From: Lingula anatina
Lineage: Eukaryota > Animalia > Brachiopoda
Direction: 5' to 3'
NCBI GenBank assembly: GCA_051362555.1
Contig: CM120640.1
Location: forward strand, 7,254,001-7,318,000
DNA length: 64,000 nt
Part shown: positions 38,401-60,822 of the stretch, one piece after another
How the letters are laid out: each line of letters opens with the position of its first letter
Position numbering within the stretch: position 1 is the stretch's first letter
Program-made: the position numbers and the translations under genes
Notes under the pieces: model-generated
The model's database searches: none
What the model saw: only the letters and a program-made list of their open reading frames with translations
What the model was told of the DNA's origin: nothing

Positions 38401-39549
38401 CAAGGAGTGGGCATTTTTCACTGTAACCGAGTTTAACTTGCGATAGTCTATGCAGAAACGTATATCGCCATTTTTCTTTCTCACCAAAACTATTGGAGAG
38501 GACCAGGGACCATAACATGGTTCGATTATGCCATCTTCCAGCATACCTTGAACTTGCTTCTCTACTTCATCCCTCAAGTGAAATGGGACTCTCCTGGGTT
38601 TCTGCTTTATTGGATCTGCACTGCCTGTATTGATGGTGTGAGAAAGGATATTGGTGAGACCTCTGTCATTCTGATCTTTACTGAATACGTCACTGTTCCG
38701 TTCCAAACACTCCCTGAGCTTCATCATCTGATTATCTGTGAGGTCACATCCCGACAGATCAATTTGGGGACACCCATCTCTTGACTTTTCTGCCTTTTCG
38801 TGCTCACCGTCAGACTCTAACAGCTCATACATTCCTCTAACTTTTGAACATTCGTGCTCACTAAGACAATGAAATTCTCCAACAAACTGCCCTTGTTTAA
38901 CGAACAAAGGTTGATCTGAAACATTGATAACACGGAGGGGAATAAGTGCTTGTTTAGCATTGGCCAAAACTCGTGCTAGACCAATTCCACTTTCTTGAGA
39001 TGGTTCAAAAACTCCTTCATAACTCAACATAGGCCTACCTCTTTGGTGTACCAGATGTCCATGGCAAATAATCTCTGAACAAGGTGGCACCCAGCAGTCT
39101 TCAGCCATATTGACCCTGCACACACTGGGGGGTCGCGAAGGACTCAGTTCTAATGGATGTGAGACTCCACCAATTACTAGCTCGCGTTTACCCGGATTCA
39201 TAGCTATACCATGTGCCAATATAAAATCCCACCCGATGATCAGTGAATTGTCTACATTACTTCCAACACGGAAGCGATGATTAAAAGACTGGTCCCCGAT
39301 TGACACTGTTATATATGAGCAACCCTTTATGGTTAGAATGTCTCCAGTTACTGAGGATGGTCTCTCCTTGGACTCCTCTAGTATCATCTCTGGCGGCTGA
39401 CATTCTTTCCAACAATTTTCATGAATAACAGATATATCAGCTCCTGTATCTAGAAGCGCAAGAACCTCTTTACTTCCAACTTTTACTTTCACAAGTGGTG
39501 TGGGTTTTACTGGGTCTTCAAAAAATTGTGTGACTGACGACTGACCCAT
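35416..39549 (-). CDS. pol: Gypsy pol polyprotein (protease, RT, RNase H, integrase), 1377 aa
   Basis: LLDTGADIS (protease); RFCIDYRKLN, LPFGLCNAP, YLDD (RT); TDASD...TDHKPL (RNase H); HHCC zinc finger plus CTDI, HSDQG, NGMVER (DDE integrase). Confidence 0.97.
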   Translation of the reverse strand: MGQSSVTQFFEDPVKPTPLVKVKVGSKEVLALLDTGADISVIHENCWKECQPPEMILEESKERPSSVTGDILTIKGCSYITVSIGDQSFNHRFRVGSNVDNSLIIGWDFILAHGIAMNPGKRELVIGGVSHPLELSPSRPPSVCRVNMAEDCWVPPCSEIICHGHLVHQRGRPMLSYEGVFEPSQESGIGLARVLANAKQALIPLRVINVSDQPLFVKQGQFVGEFHCLSEHECSKVRGMYELLESDGEHEKAEKSRDGCPQIDLSGCDLTDNQMMKLRECLERNSDVFSKDQNDRGLTNILSHTINTGSADPIKQKPRRVPFHLRDEVEKQVQGMLEDGIIEPCYGPWSSPIVLVRKKNGDIRFCIDYRKLNSVTVKNAHSLPRIDDVLSGMAGATIFTTLDLTSGYWQVPVSEEDRDKTAFSFGPDLYRFTRLPFGLCNAPPLFAKLIELVFSGMNWRVMSTYLDDLFIYTRTFEEHLETLEEVFRRLREANLKLQPSKCKIAQPKTINVGHEVSKEGIRPDPSNVEKVKNWPRPKNQQEVRSFLGLASYYRRFVEGFADIARPLNSLLEAGTPFGWKEECELSFQRLKEKLITPPVLAHPRWGEPFILNTDASDTAVGAVLSQEQDGMERPIVFASKSLSKTERKWATFDKEFWAIIWALRQFHVYVWGSNLTIYTDHKPLTHHKSLNLEAEVSGRRSRWAIELSSFGDLEIRYRPGKQNGAADALSRMPDTLSSDRDPPAAQGKTSCPALEPRKYKQRTSTSSTTQANGMLNCGDYVMEKGAEKEGKDGRKGKEERDSTKKVRVTTVSPEATADPSIAGSIGSEQDLDPDISLVKNWVRSGNKPDWHQIKNQGRVLRTFWRHFENLSIVNETLCYQWQIPKRDKVIYRQVMPPGLRLSALHDIHSLTAGGGHLGRNKTLRKLQERFYWPGMMQETHDYCRTCPGCVGRRKPLPAMRAPMESISSSRPLELVCTDITELPATSRGNKYVLVVEDHFTKYVNVYPMKDQTAQTVADILFREYVREHGVPESLHSDQGRQFEAGLCQELCALLQIYKSRTTSYHPQGNGMVERFNKTLKNMIAKTSQEDCKDWDLKLGPLALAYNASVHESTGFSPFFLMHGREPRLPPDIIYGTPTPQYWKQAGFYAKEIHNELQAAFDTTKEHTALAQERQRKVYDKWAHHHPYREGDKVWLLVMVSKTRHRKLALPWEGPYIVKKRFQNAEGMPGVTYRIQHEVTKKKMVVHHNRLKPYEAPRIPNPLQADSDYVTEEDESKIHVPRPNIFQEQLRLAPVLPAEGYIVHTSRNSFAAPEATACCEGEEHIPVEEKTEEATVDAGKDKGASQDSGEPLVTTRSGRVVRRPTKYRDFVAAIGDGY

Positions 39550-39560
39550 GTCGACAGCCC

Positions 39561-40565
39561 TTAGTGTTCCCCCTCCCCTTGCTGCAAAGACGGACAGTTA
39601 CGCCATTTGTGTCCTCGCTCCTTGCAATAATCACATAAGCCTTGGAAGGTATGATCAATTTTCCTAGGTTCAAATTCCATTGCATTCTGAGCATTGGTTG
39701 GCCAGCGGTCCTTTCTCTCACATGCCATTTGACAACCCTGACTCTTGCCACTTACAGGAGCTACTGTATTCCTACCTCGTGGAAAATTGGGTTTTGTGTG
39801 GTAACGGTCCTTGCTCCGTCCATTAAAAGCTTCAGGTGATCTCATGGCACCTGTGTTGGCACCATAACCAAACACAGGATTAAGTTCCTGTTGCCTCCAT
39901 TTCTTTTGTTCCACAGTGAGCTCAGCCATGCACTCCGATAATTTTTGTACTTGGGCCACCAGTTGCGTCAGCATGGGATCTCGGTCTCCCTTACTCTCAG
40001 CTGGGCCTTTTTCCATTGAACGGACAGCATTTCTACCATGGGCAATACGCTGAACTTGTTCAAATTGCTCTGCCTGCTGCACAGCAACTCGTAGACTTTC
40101 TGGATTTTTAGTGAGGAGATGAAGTTGCAGATCACCATCCCCCACACCTCTAATAAATTGCTCTTTGGCGAGGGCATTTCGAGCTGCTTCTGGAAAATCG
40201 TTGTATGCCAAACGGACAGCCTCCATGATTCGCAGTTCAAATGCGACCAGTTTTTCTCCTGGTCCCCGAACCAGCGCCATAAAATTTTGTCGTCTCATCA
40301 AATTATGTTCTCCTGGCACCAACCTGTGTCGCAAGGCCTGTTTGAGTGCAGGATAATCTCCTTTTTCTGCCTCTGTCAGGGAATCATAGGTCATAAATGC
40401 CCGCCCTGATAGATATAGAGGTAAAACAACATGTCTGGACTGTACATTGTCCGCTGGGGGCTCTGAGAAACACAACTCAAATTTCTTGAACCAGAGTTCA
40501 AAATTTTCCGTGTTTTCCCCTGAGAACTCCGGTAACTTTGGTCTGGCGACTCCAACAGATGCCAT
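39561..40565 (-). CDS. gag: Gypsy gag, 334 aa
   Basis: Capsid-like N-terminus (LPEFSG...WFKKFE...LSGRA...EQFIRGV) and CCHC knuckle CDYCKERGHKWRNC. Confidence 0.93.
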   Translation of the reverse strand: MASVGVARPKLPEFSGENTENFELWFKKFELCFSEPPADNVQSRHVVLPLYLSGRAFMTYDSLTEAEKGDYPALKQALRHRLVPGEHNLMRRQNFMALVRGPGEKLVAFELRIMEAVRLAYNDFPEAARNALAKEQFIRGVGDGDLQLHLLTKNPESLRVAVQQAEQFEQVQRIAHGRNAVRSMEKGPAESKGDRDPMLTQLVAQVQKLSECMAELTVEQKKWRQQELNPVFGYGANTGAMRSPEAFNGRSKDRYHTKPNFPRGRNTVAPVSGKSQGCQMACERKDRWPTNAQNAMEFEPRKIDHTFQGLCDYCKERGHKWRNCPSLQQGEGEH

Positions 40566-40811
40566 TTTGATACGGTCCCTTAGCTTTGCAGACTAAAAGC
40601 AGGTTACAATTGATAGAATTTCTATGAAAAGTTGTCAGCAGATACTATGTTTCTCCTAAATCTAATAACAAGGACTGTCAGAGTCTTCACCAAAGTCTGT
40701 TTGGCAATTAAATAACACGTAACACATTATAACATAACGTGCGCCGCTTTTCAGATTCAGTGTCGTTTGCAACTTGCCAGGCAATGGGTCCGTGAATTCT
40801 CCAGTCTTCGT

Positions 40812-40830
40812 GCCCCGCTTTTGGGCGCCA
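40812..40830 (-). promoter_or_regulatory. Primer-binding site, tRNA-Lys type
   Basis: TGGCGCCCAAAAGCGGGGC starts 4 nt inside the 5' LTR and resembles the tRNA-Lys1,2 PBS TGGCGCCCAACGTGGGGC. Confidence 0.75.
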
Positions 40831-40834
40831 ATTT

Positions 40835-41025
40835 TGTAGCGGTGCACTTCCTCAGCAATCCAGTACAACAACGCTGTGCTTTCTTTTTCATAAATTTAAT
40901 AGGTTAACGATATATAAGCTACTAAGCAGTGCACAAGCTGCTCAGCGTCTGCTACGCCGCCATGTTTCTTTTCCCCCGACGTTACCCCGGTTTATGCACA
41001 CCGGCACTATATTTACCCCGTTACA
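40835..41025 (-). repeat. 5' LTR
   Basis: 191 bp, matches 34913-35103. Confidence 0.95.
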
Positions 41026-41889
41026 TGTACATTGGTAAATGTGCCCATGAAACATTTACCCAACTGTGCACTTTGGAATACTTAATGGGCACATTTACCA
41101 AATGATTTGCCAAATGAAATGGGTTAAAGTAATTAAAGGCGAGATATGCATGCAGTTGCTCAATGAAAATATAATTTTGAGTGCACTCTTTGTCTTTACA
41201 AATGAAATGAAACTAACTATCAGGACTATTCTACAGAGCTTTTAGGGAGTGAGTTGATCTGAAGAACATGCCGTCTTTTAATATAAGATCTGAAAGTAAT
41301 TATGAAAGTTTTAAAGTCTCTCTAATACTCACATTTTAAAAAGATTTTTTGTGATAAGTGCCATACAAACAAACTGGCTGCTCATCTGTAATTAAACTGC
41401 TTGACAAATTAACATGCTCATGGTGCTGTTAATAATGCAAAGACCCGATTGGGATGTGGTCTGGGCCATGTCTTAATTGGAATGTGGTCTAGGTCAGTTA
41501 TACCCCCTTTACACTGGACGGCATCCTTTCTGCGACCATGAAATTGGCATCACTGTGGTCGTAAAAAGGAGGCACGAGCATTGATTTGGTATCATAATGA
41601 ATGCTCAATGATCGGCCAGTTGTTGGCACGTAAAGTATTATTATTTTTTTATTCTCAAACGGGACCATACTGCTGGACGCAGAAAGGACGCCGTCCAGTG
41701 CAAAGGGGGCTTTAAAAAGTGGACTAAGTACTGCTAGATAAGTATCTGGCCTGTGACATACTGTACATATTTTAACTGTACGTACAGTATCGCGCATTGA
41801 AATTTATGAAAATGAAGGACAATGTTCATAGAAAACATATGTTTAATTCCACATATCATCTGTGAGTCATATCTCACAATTCCGTTGAA

Positions 41890-42418
41890 GAAGTGAAACT
41901 AACTGTGACTTAATTACCTACCTGTACAATGTACAAGCCTTGACAAGGAAGGGTTTTCTTTTTCGCCTTCAGGCTTAATTATCCAAACATATGTCATTCA
42001 AATTCAGGATCTCTTTTCCCCCACAGTGATTTTCAACTACGTGAAATTAAAAAACCCAGCAGCAAAAGCCTTTCTGTTCCAAACCAGGAAGTGACGAACA
42101 GAAGAACTGAGCAGGAAAGGGTAAGGCTCTATTCCCATAGATTTTAGATCGATCTATCCCCGCGGGGAGTCTCACTAGATTACTTTCAGATAATCCGACT
42201 TAAATGTCCGTCCCGCCTACTACAAGCTGTAAGGGGATAATTAACTTTCGTGTCCGCCCGGCTGACAGCTATTTAGCGTGAACCCCCAGGGAGTTAGGTC
42301 GATCTAAAGTAGGTCGATCTAATCTATGGAAATGGGGTGTAATTCTATTCTATTTATAGCCCGGGTTTTTCCATATAGCGCAGAATAGGAAAAAGTTGAT
42401 GTTAGAAGCTTCCAGGAA
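41890..42418. promoter_or_regulatory. Putative bidirectional promoter / 5' UTR region shared by the SH2 gene (-) and the kinase gene (+)
   Basis: Minus-strand donor CAG|gtaggt at 41921 (candidate non-coding first exon), ETS-like CAGGAAGTG at about 42085, GGGTTTTTCC at 42363-42372, and TTCCAGGAA at 42410-42418 directly before ATG 42419. Confidence 0.45.
42125..42339. mobile_element. PIF/Harbinger-like MITE, family copy 1
   Basis: Imperfect TIR attcccatagatt / aatctatggaaat with TAA on both sides. Highly similar to 56555-56779. Confidence 0.75.
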
Positions 42419-53965
<11,547 letters not shown>

Positions 53966-54319
53966 ACAGACAGAGTTAAAGAAATATTTGCTGGCACAAG
54001 AAAACTGTGATGCTTGTATATAATCACTTTTATGCACGCTTTTCTAAGCTTTCACAATTAGATGTAAACATTTAATTACACTTTCATTAACTGAGATTCT
54101 GTACTGTTGTTTATGTTTAACAGAGGGATTTAGACCTTAAAGGTTGTTATGGATGTATATAAATATATTTAACAATATGTGTATATATTTGACAATCTTT
54201 CAATAGTAATTAAGCAAAGGATATGCAAATAATTCATTAAAATCACAAGATAAACCTAGCCACCTTGGAACACTGACGTGATAATGTGTAAATACTAAAT
54301 AGAAGACCATGTTGTAGAT

Positions 54320-54620
54320 GGGCATGAGAGCATTAGAGAAGACAATCAAGCAACTGGGGTCAGGTATGGCAGAAATAGAATGGAATAATAGGGGATAAGC
54401 GCACCAGAGAAGACCATGGAGCAATTGGGGATGAGTTTGACATAGAAGACAATAAAGAAACTGGGCATTAGTGACATTAGTGTGCCAGAGAGGTGGACAC
54501 CTGGGGATGAGTGCTCCAGAGAAGATGGTGGAGCAATTGAGGATGAGTGTGCTAGAGAACATAATGGTTCTACTAGAGATGAGCACACTAGAGAAGAAAA
54601 TGGGGCAACTGGGGAAAAGA
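54320..54620. repeat. Degenerate ~36-bp minisatellite
   Basis: Recurring gatgagtgc..cagagaagac.atggagcaa.tgggg units. Confidence 0.65.
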
Positions 54621-55849
54621 TAGTTGACTGCATGTGCTACCCTTTATCAGGGCCACTAGTTCATTTCTGGCTTTCCTTTGGGTGCACATCTGTCCTGTCT
54701 ATCTAGAATTTTAACAAAACTACATCATCACCTCAGGTAGAAATTGAGTGGCATTATGCACCTTTATCTCGTATATTGTAGCAAAAGAACAGGATTTTTG
54801 GAAATTATTGATAATCTGATGTTTTGTAAGGGATGCAATGAAGTCATGTAGTTCTAGCCTTATCATGTGAGATTAGATCATATTTGATATTGTAATGTGG
54901 TGCCCCCGGTGATGCTGCGCCTTTGCTCAGTGAGTGAGTTAGTTAGTTATATATATATACTACTATATGGCAAATTGCGTGGCTTTAGCCTTATCATATA
55001 TATAAGTAATATATAAAAATAATTTATTAGTTCTAGACCTTTTTACAAAGGCTCGTTTACTAATTGGTTTCAAAAGTAGAAAAATGACATACATGTAAGT
55101 TAATAACATATTCATTGCATATACTTTTATATAATTTAATCCTTCACAACCAGTGGTCTATTTTCATTACTGATAAATGTAAGATGTGTAGTGTTTACAG
55201 AGTGAAAAATACCAACGCTATTCAACATACTCTTAGACATAGGTAGGCTATTCATCAAACAGCTTTGAAATGTACAATGACCTGTATTACTACATGTATA
55301 TGTATGATGCAACAACATATTGGATATTTGTAATGTGGCACTCCTCTGTGATGTTGCTTTTAGTCATGTCATGTGAGTCTATGCCATATGGATGTTGTAA
55401 TTATCGTATTGGAGAGATATTAATTTAGAGTATACATGTATAATAAGAATAAAAAGGACTGGTAGTGGGTAGATAGAGGGACCCTTGCACTGGAAATAAA
55501 TCTGTTTTGGACATGCATGACTTGTTTATTCTACTTGATAAGAGAACCAATTATATCTACCTGAACTGTTTAATTTTGTAAAAAAAAAAAATTCAAACAT
55601 ATGATACAATTGAAATTCAAAACAAAGCATGTTCCTTAATTTTAAATAAAAAAGGGTAGGTCACTGCAGAAAGTTTGTTCCTCTTTAGAAGGGCACCCTG
55701 CAAACTGTGCCCCACCCTTCCCCAGATTATACTTTTTCTGAATTGTTCAGGATCACATAGTAGCCTAGGGACTAGCAATACATTTATAAGTAAATAACTT
55801 CATCATTATCCTTCGCCCTTGGGCAGAATGGAAGCAGCAGCAGAACATC

Positions 55850-56130
55850 TTTAGATCAGAGTTGTTTCTCTCTCATTATTGAAAGGCTCTCAGTTGTCTG
55901 CAAACCAGTGCCATCCATGATGGTACCTGAGTAAGTTACATATGGTCTTCTTTATTGAGCTTTTCCCGTAGGTGATGTCCAAAATATGAGTTTAGAGACT
56001 GGCTGGTCTAAGGTGCGGGCACAGTGTCCTGCATACTGTAGCCTCCTTTTCCTGATAACAGATGATAACAGTGGTAGTGATCCATACACATCTGTGTTTG
56101 GAACGTGATCTTTCCAGTTGATATCTAACA
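55850..56130 (-). mobile_element. RTE-clade non-LTR retrotransposon, 3' fragment
   Basis: RVLDINWKDHVPNTDVYGSLPLLSSVIRKRRLQYAGHCAR...KLIFW, typical of the region after RT in RTE elements. Confidence 0.8.
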
Positions 56131-56554
56131 CCCTCTGACCCCCCTCCTCTAAACCCACCACTGCTTTGATACATGTATATTGTTATAGTGAGTAATGACG
56201 ACATCGATCTGGAGCTTTCAAACCTTTATTCACCGACTCTCTTTTTTTTACACAATTTCAAACTCTTTTAAACTCTGTTTTCTAAAGAGTTTTCCAATTT
56301 CCATGTTGCAAACCGCCATTCAATATTTCCTTATTAGGTAATTTCAGAGAGACTTGTTTTCAATTTAAAACATTAAAAATATTATTTGAATTACTCATGC
56401 TTGGACCTTGTCCATCTCGAGTTTGCATGCGTTTTACACGTGTTAGAAACGTGCAAATCTACTGAAAAATTAACCAATCAAATCAGACTTAATGTGACTT
56501 TGAAATGTTCCATCTTTTCTTACTACGAGAACAATATCTACACTTGTTGACTCA

Positions 56555-56779
56555 GACCACATTCCCATAGATTTTAGATCGATCTATCCCTGTGGGGAGT
56601 CTCACTAGATTACTGTCAGCTTAGCCGGATCAAGCGTCTGTCCCGCCTACTAAAAGCTGTAAGGGGGTAATTAACTATGGTGCGCACTCGGCTGACTGCA
56701 ATTTAGCGTGAACCCCCAGGGAGTTAGGTCGATCTAAATCTTAATATCTGGATCGATCTAAATCTCTGGGAATGCACCC
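56555..56779. mobile_element. PIF/Harbinger-like MITE, family copy 2
   Basis: Similar to 42125-42339; TIR attcccatagatt / aatctctgggaat with TNA flanks. Confidence 0.75.
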
Positions 56780-58947
56780 TTAAAGAAATTTAACTTGCAC
56801 TCAACTCCTTTTCCTTTTACACATTTGATTCCGTTTTAACTGTTATCTGTAATTATTGAAAGTGTAAGCTATTTGCTTCAAAACATATACCCCTTCTTCA
56901 AAAGAATTCTAAAACTTTACAACATACGCTCCTTTTTTTCATTTAAAGCAAAACTAAATAATATCAAATTCGTAAATTAACAAAAATAATCATGCTTTCG
57001 CGATGTAGTAAGAGATATCCCTTACAAAATCTATGCCGCATGCATTAATGCTCAATGCATTTACAAATAGGACAATGTACCATTGTACTACAGTAATAGT
57101 AAGATCAGAACAAATTCCATTCCTTGTCATTTTAAGAATAAGTCGTCGAAATCGAGTATACGACATTTCTCGATCATCATCAATTATTGATGATAACGCT
57201 TAACAGGAATATTTAAACGTCGGAGCAAAAGTACAGTAACAACAACTAATTTAGTAACAATCCATGCATAATATAAAGCTTGAATAATACATTTACCAAA
57301 ATCTAATGGTATTTGACGCAACATATATTCCCTATAATCTTCAGATATCATCAAATAATGAGCACAACCAATTAACTTCATAAAGTCCAACTTCCCGTCT
57401 AGGTAATCAAACCTTCCACAAAATATGAACAAAATTGATTAATTTATCAAATCAGATGAAAACTTAATCTGAAAATTCGGTTCTCTTTGTTGTTTGAAGC
57501 ATAATTCATTTATATATACAGAATGTTTACATAAATTCTCAAAAAGCTTAAATGACATGGTTACAGTTCTGTCATCAATGTATATATGATGCACAAGTTC
57601 GTCAGATTCTGCAAAATCAAATAAAAAAAGATAAGATACATATTTACAAAATCATAATTGTTGAAAATAAAATACTAAATACAATCTTTATTATTCGTAG
57701 GCCTAACATTGTAAAGTTAGTAAAATACGGCATGCTAATTATAATGATCATGATTAACACAAAATATTATGATTATCAATAAGTCATGTGTAATAGATTT
57801 TATAAAAGCGTAAATAATCATGTTACATAATTCATAAAATAGTACATAATGGTTTTTAAAAATTATAATATTTGTCAGGACTTAAGTATCGTGTTAGTTC
57901 TGTGCGTCTCGCACACTCTCAATAATAATAATAATAATACATAGATCAGTTCCTTAAATCATTGAAGTAACAATGAGAAAAACTCAATCATAAAGTCATT
58001 TAAATGCTGTGATAGTACACACACCCTCTTACACCAAAAGTCTGCTCGCAAAGATTAATGCACTTTGTCAATAATAGACACATGTAGCAAGTCAAGTCAA
58101 ATTCAACTTGGATAAAAATTAATCTGCATTGTGATCAAGTGGTTCAAACTGAATATAGAAAAGTTCATTAGCATGTTTAATGCGCAAAAATGCATAATAT
58201 TCACTCTTGAGTAATTTCTTTTTAGTTTAAAAGCTGTCAAAACTGACAATGGAATAACTCTTTCCAAAGTAATGATTTCGTTTATTATGATGTTTATAAT
58301 TGTGAAACCATGCTAATGTTTAGAGTAGTCTGCAGGTACAAAGACTTAAATGAAATTGCCAAAATGAGAAAAGTTATTACTTCACTTTGTAATATGAATG
58401 AATCTGTGGAATCGATTTTGTTGCGTAATTTTATAATCACTACGGTATAGAAAGCACTATAACGTTTCCACGTATACTTCTTTTAGTAAAGCCACAACTA
58501 ATGCCAATTGCCTGACCTTGATACCTAGGCCAACTATTATCACGAGCAATATAAGCTCTGTATCCCGAATAAATATTTGAGATGAATCATCTGTAAAAAA
58601 ATATATATATTTCGTTTGCTAGAATAGCATCTGCCATACAAGTATAGGTTTGCTCTTAATTGCCTCTTTGCTGTTTGAGCCACGTTTTGTAATCTCAAAT
58701 GATCACTAATATTTTTGGCAAGATTAAGAAAATGAGAAAAAAATGTGAAAATAATTGAAGGAGAGTTGATTCCGAATTTAAAGGTTCACTAAATAAATCA
58801 TCGCGTTTCATGTTGAAAATATGCATGGTGAATAGAAATACTGCAACACACCAAAATAAGGGAATGTGGCTGTGCTATCTTAGTGTTGTTTTGACAACTT
58901 GACACTTGGTTGGAAGATAAAAAATCCATCTAAGTTCAAACTGCAAT

Positions 58948-58950
<3 letters not shown>

Positions 58951-58994
<44 letters not shown>
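58951..58994. repeat. poly(A) tract
   Basis: About 44 A residues. Confidence 0.9.
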
Positions 58995-58996
<2 letters not shown>

Positions 58997-60725
58997 AATG
59001 ATACATTAATGACAGCCACTTAAAGATGTCGTTGTTCTAGGGCATTCCGGTGTAATGTCAGTTATGTAAACTTAAAGTAACTGACTTGTCAAAACATCTC
59101 GTCTGTATTTTGTCAGTTTTGTCTTCCGTTATGATGTGGCGTTAACCTTGTGATAACTTGTATTACATCGTTTGGATGTAACGTTTACTCATATGAATAA
59201 GATCAATGTCCTTTGTTAAACAGTTCTTCAGAAATAAAATGGTCTACACTCAACACCACTGAGCGTGCTCACGCTGACACAACGTTACATATAATGAGAA
59301 TTTATAGAACCATCCTTTTAAAAAGGTCAATGCTCTTGGTTTTTCCAGTGTATACTGCTATAACTTCTATAACGTCCTACAAAGACAAGATACTGTAGAT
59401 AGACTGTTGTTATTCCCCCTAAACCATAAAAGGCGGAAGGGAACCAGTCCAACGACAGTTTTCACCAATATCACGCTAATGCCAAGTCAACCGTACACTG
59501 CCCGTACGGCAACTGTACAATACCAACTACGATTATGTGACGGGCTTGCAGTTTAAAAAAAATTGTCAAAATTGTCAACTTTACAAAATTATAATGGTGG
59601 CCGTGAAGCCGCACGTACGATTTCGCACGGCCACCACCTACTTCCGCTCAGACGCCGAACTAAAAGGGATTTACGGGCAGTATATATGTGTAATATGCGG
59701 ACATCACATGGCAAACGTAATCTAAGTAAACCAAATTAAGTTGTTAATAACTTAGCGTTTATCACTTAGAAGAAAAGGAAGTGGTGGGATTCCTTATTCT
59801 GTCCACATTGGTGTTTAAAATTAAAAATCGTAGGGAGGGGGAGCTGCCCTGACGACGTAACGATCTTCAAGGAAACGGCACGGAAGGCCTTCGACAACTG
59901 CTCTGAAACTGAAAGGACTTCGTGTCCTCGTTTTTCAACCGAAAAATCTTTTTACTTGACCTCAAGGTCATCTCGGAAACAAGGCACGGTTATCGCGTGT
60001 AATGTAAAGATATTCGCCGTACCCATTTATGATGTCAAAAAATCGCATTGGAAAATCGTTTACCAATGTGGCCAATGTAAGCCAGGATTTATAAAAATAT
60101 TCTCCTACTTTAGATTGCGCTTAATTTAAATAAAATAATGTACCTTGAAATGTAACTTACACCAATTATCAAATAAAGGATTAATCGTAAATCCATACAC
60201 AATTTTCAGTGGATGATGCAATTCGCATGCTATAACTGTTTGTTCAGTTTCTGAAAAAAAAATGAATTTACGATTTCACGTATTGTCCCTGCATTAAGCA
60301 CTGTTCAATACATAAAGTAATTCTGACCATATATTGTCAAATGCACATGGTACTTATCTATTTGGACACGGTACGCTATTCATTATAGTATAAATATATA
60401 TGAAATTTATTGAAAAGTGCTAAAACGGAGAATCAACAACTCGTGAGAGCAGTGACTTCAGGGTTGAAGTTAGCACTTAGAAATCTTGTAAGCTGCACTT
60501 CAGAAATAAATAAAGTAAATTCCGAGAACTGACTCCTTTCATCAATAGTTACGAAGCAATAACCTCGTAGTTCACAATCATTGTTTTTGGGTCGGTGACT
60601 GGCTGGTACAATTGCGCGTGTTCTGTGAGGCTATAGTGTTTGAGATATCAGTGCACTTGATAAGACTCTCCTTTTCCAGCCAAGACGACGGACACTGATC
60701 CACCATCCAAAAACTCAGTCCATGC

Positions 60726-60822
60726 ATGTCCATATAGGGTAATGTGGTTTGTCGTTTTTTTTTTTTTTTTTTTTTTTACAACCGAAAAAAAACCGACAAA
60801 CCACATTACCCTATATGGACAT
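60726..60822. repeat. Hairpin with 29-bp perfect arms
   Basis: atgtccatatagggtaatgtggtttgtcg ... cgacaaaccacattaccctatatggacat. Confidence 0.85.

Larger units (their letters stand above)
34913..41025 (-). mobile_element. Intact Ty3/Gypsy LTR retrotransposon, 6.1 kb, no env
   Basis: Two 191-bp TG...CA LTRs, PBS, PPT and uninterrupted gag and pol with domain order PR-RT-RH-IN. Confidence 0.97.

Noticed and set aside
54200-54706. Overlapping ORFs with 12-aa periodicity
   Set aside because: Explained by the degenerate 36-bp minisatellite; no splice context or homology.
56800-60300. Genes or structured RNA genes in this interval
   Set aside because: AT-rich sequence with only short ORFs and MITE fragments (for example about 59478-59700); no tRNA, rRNA or protein motif recognisable.
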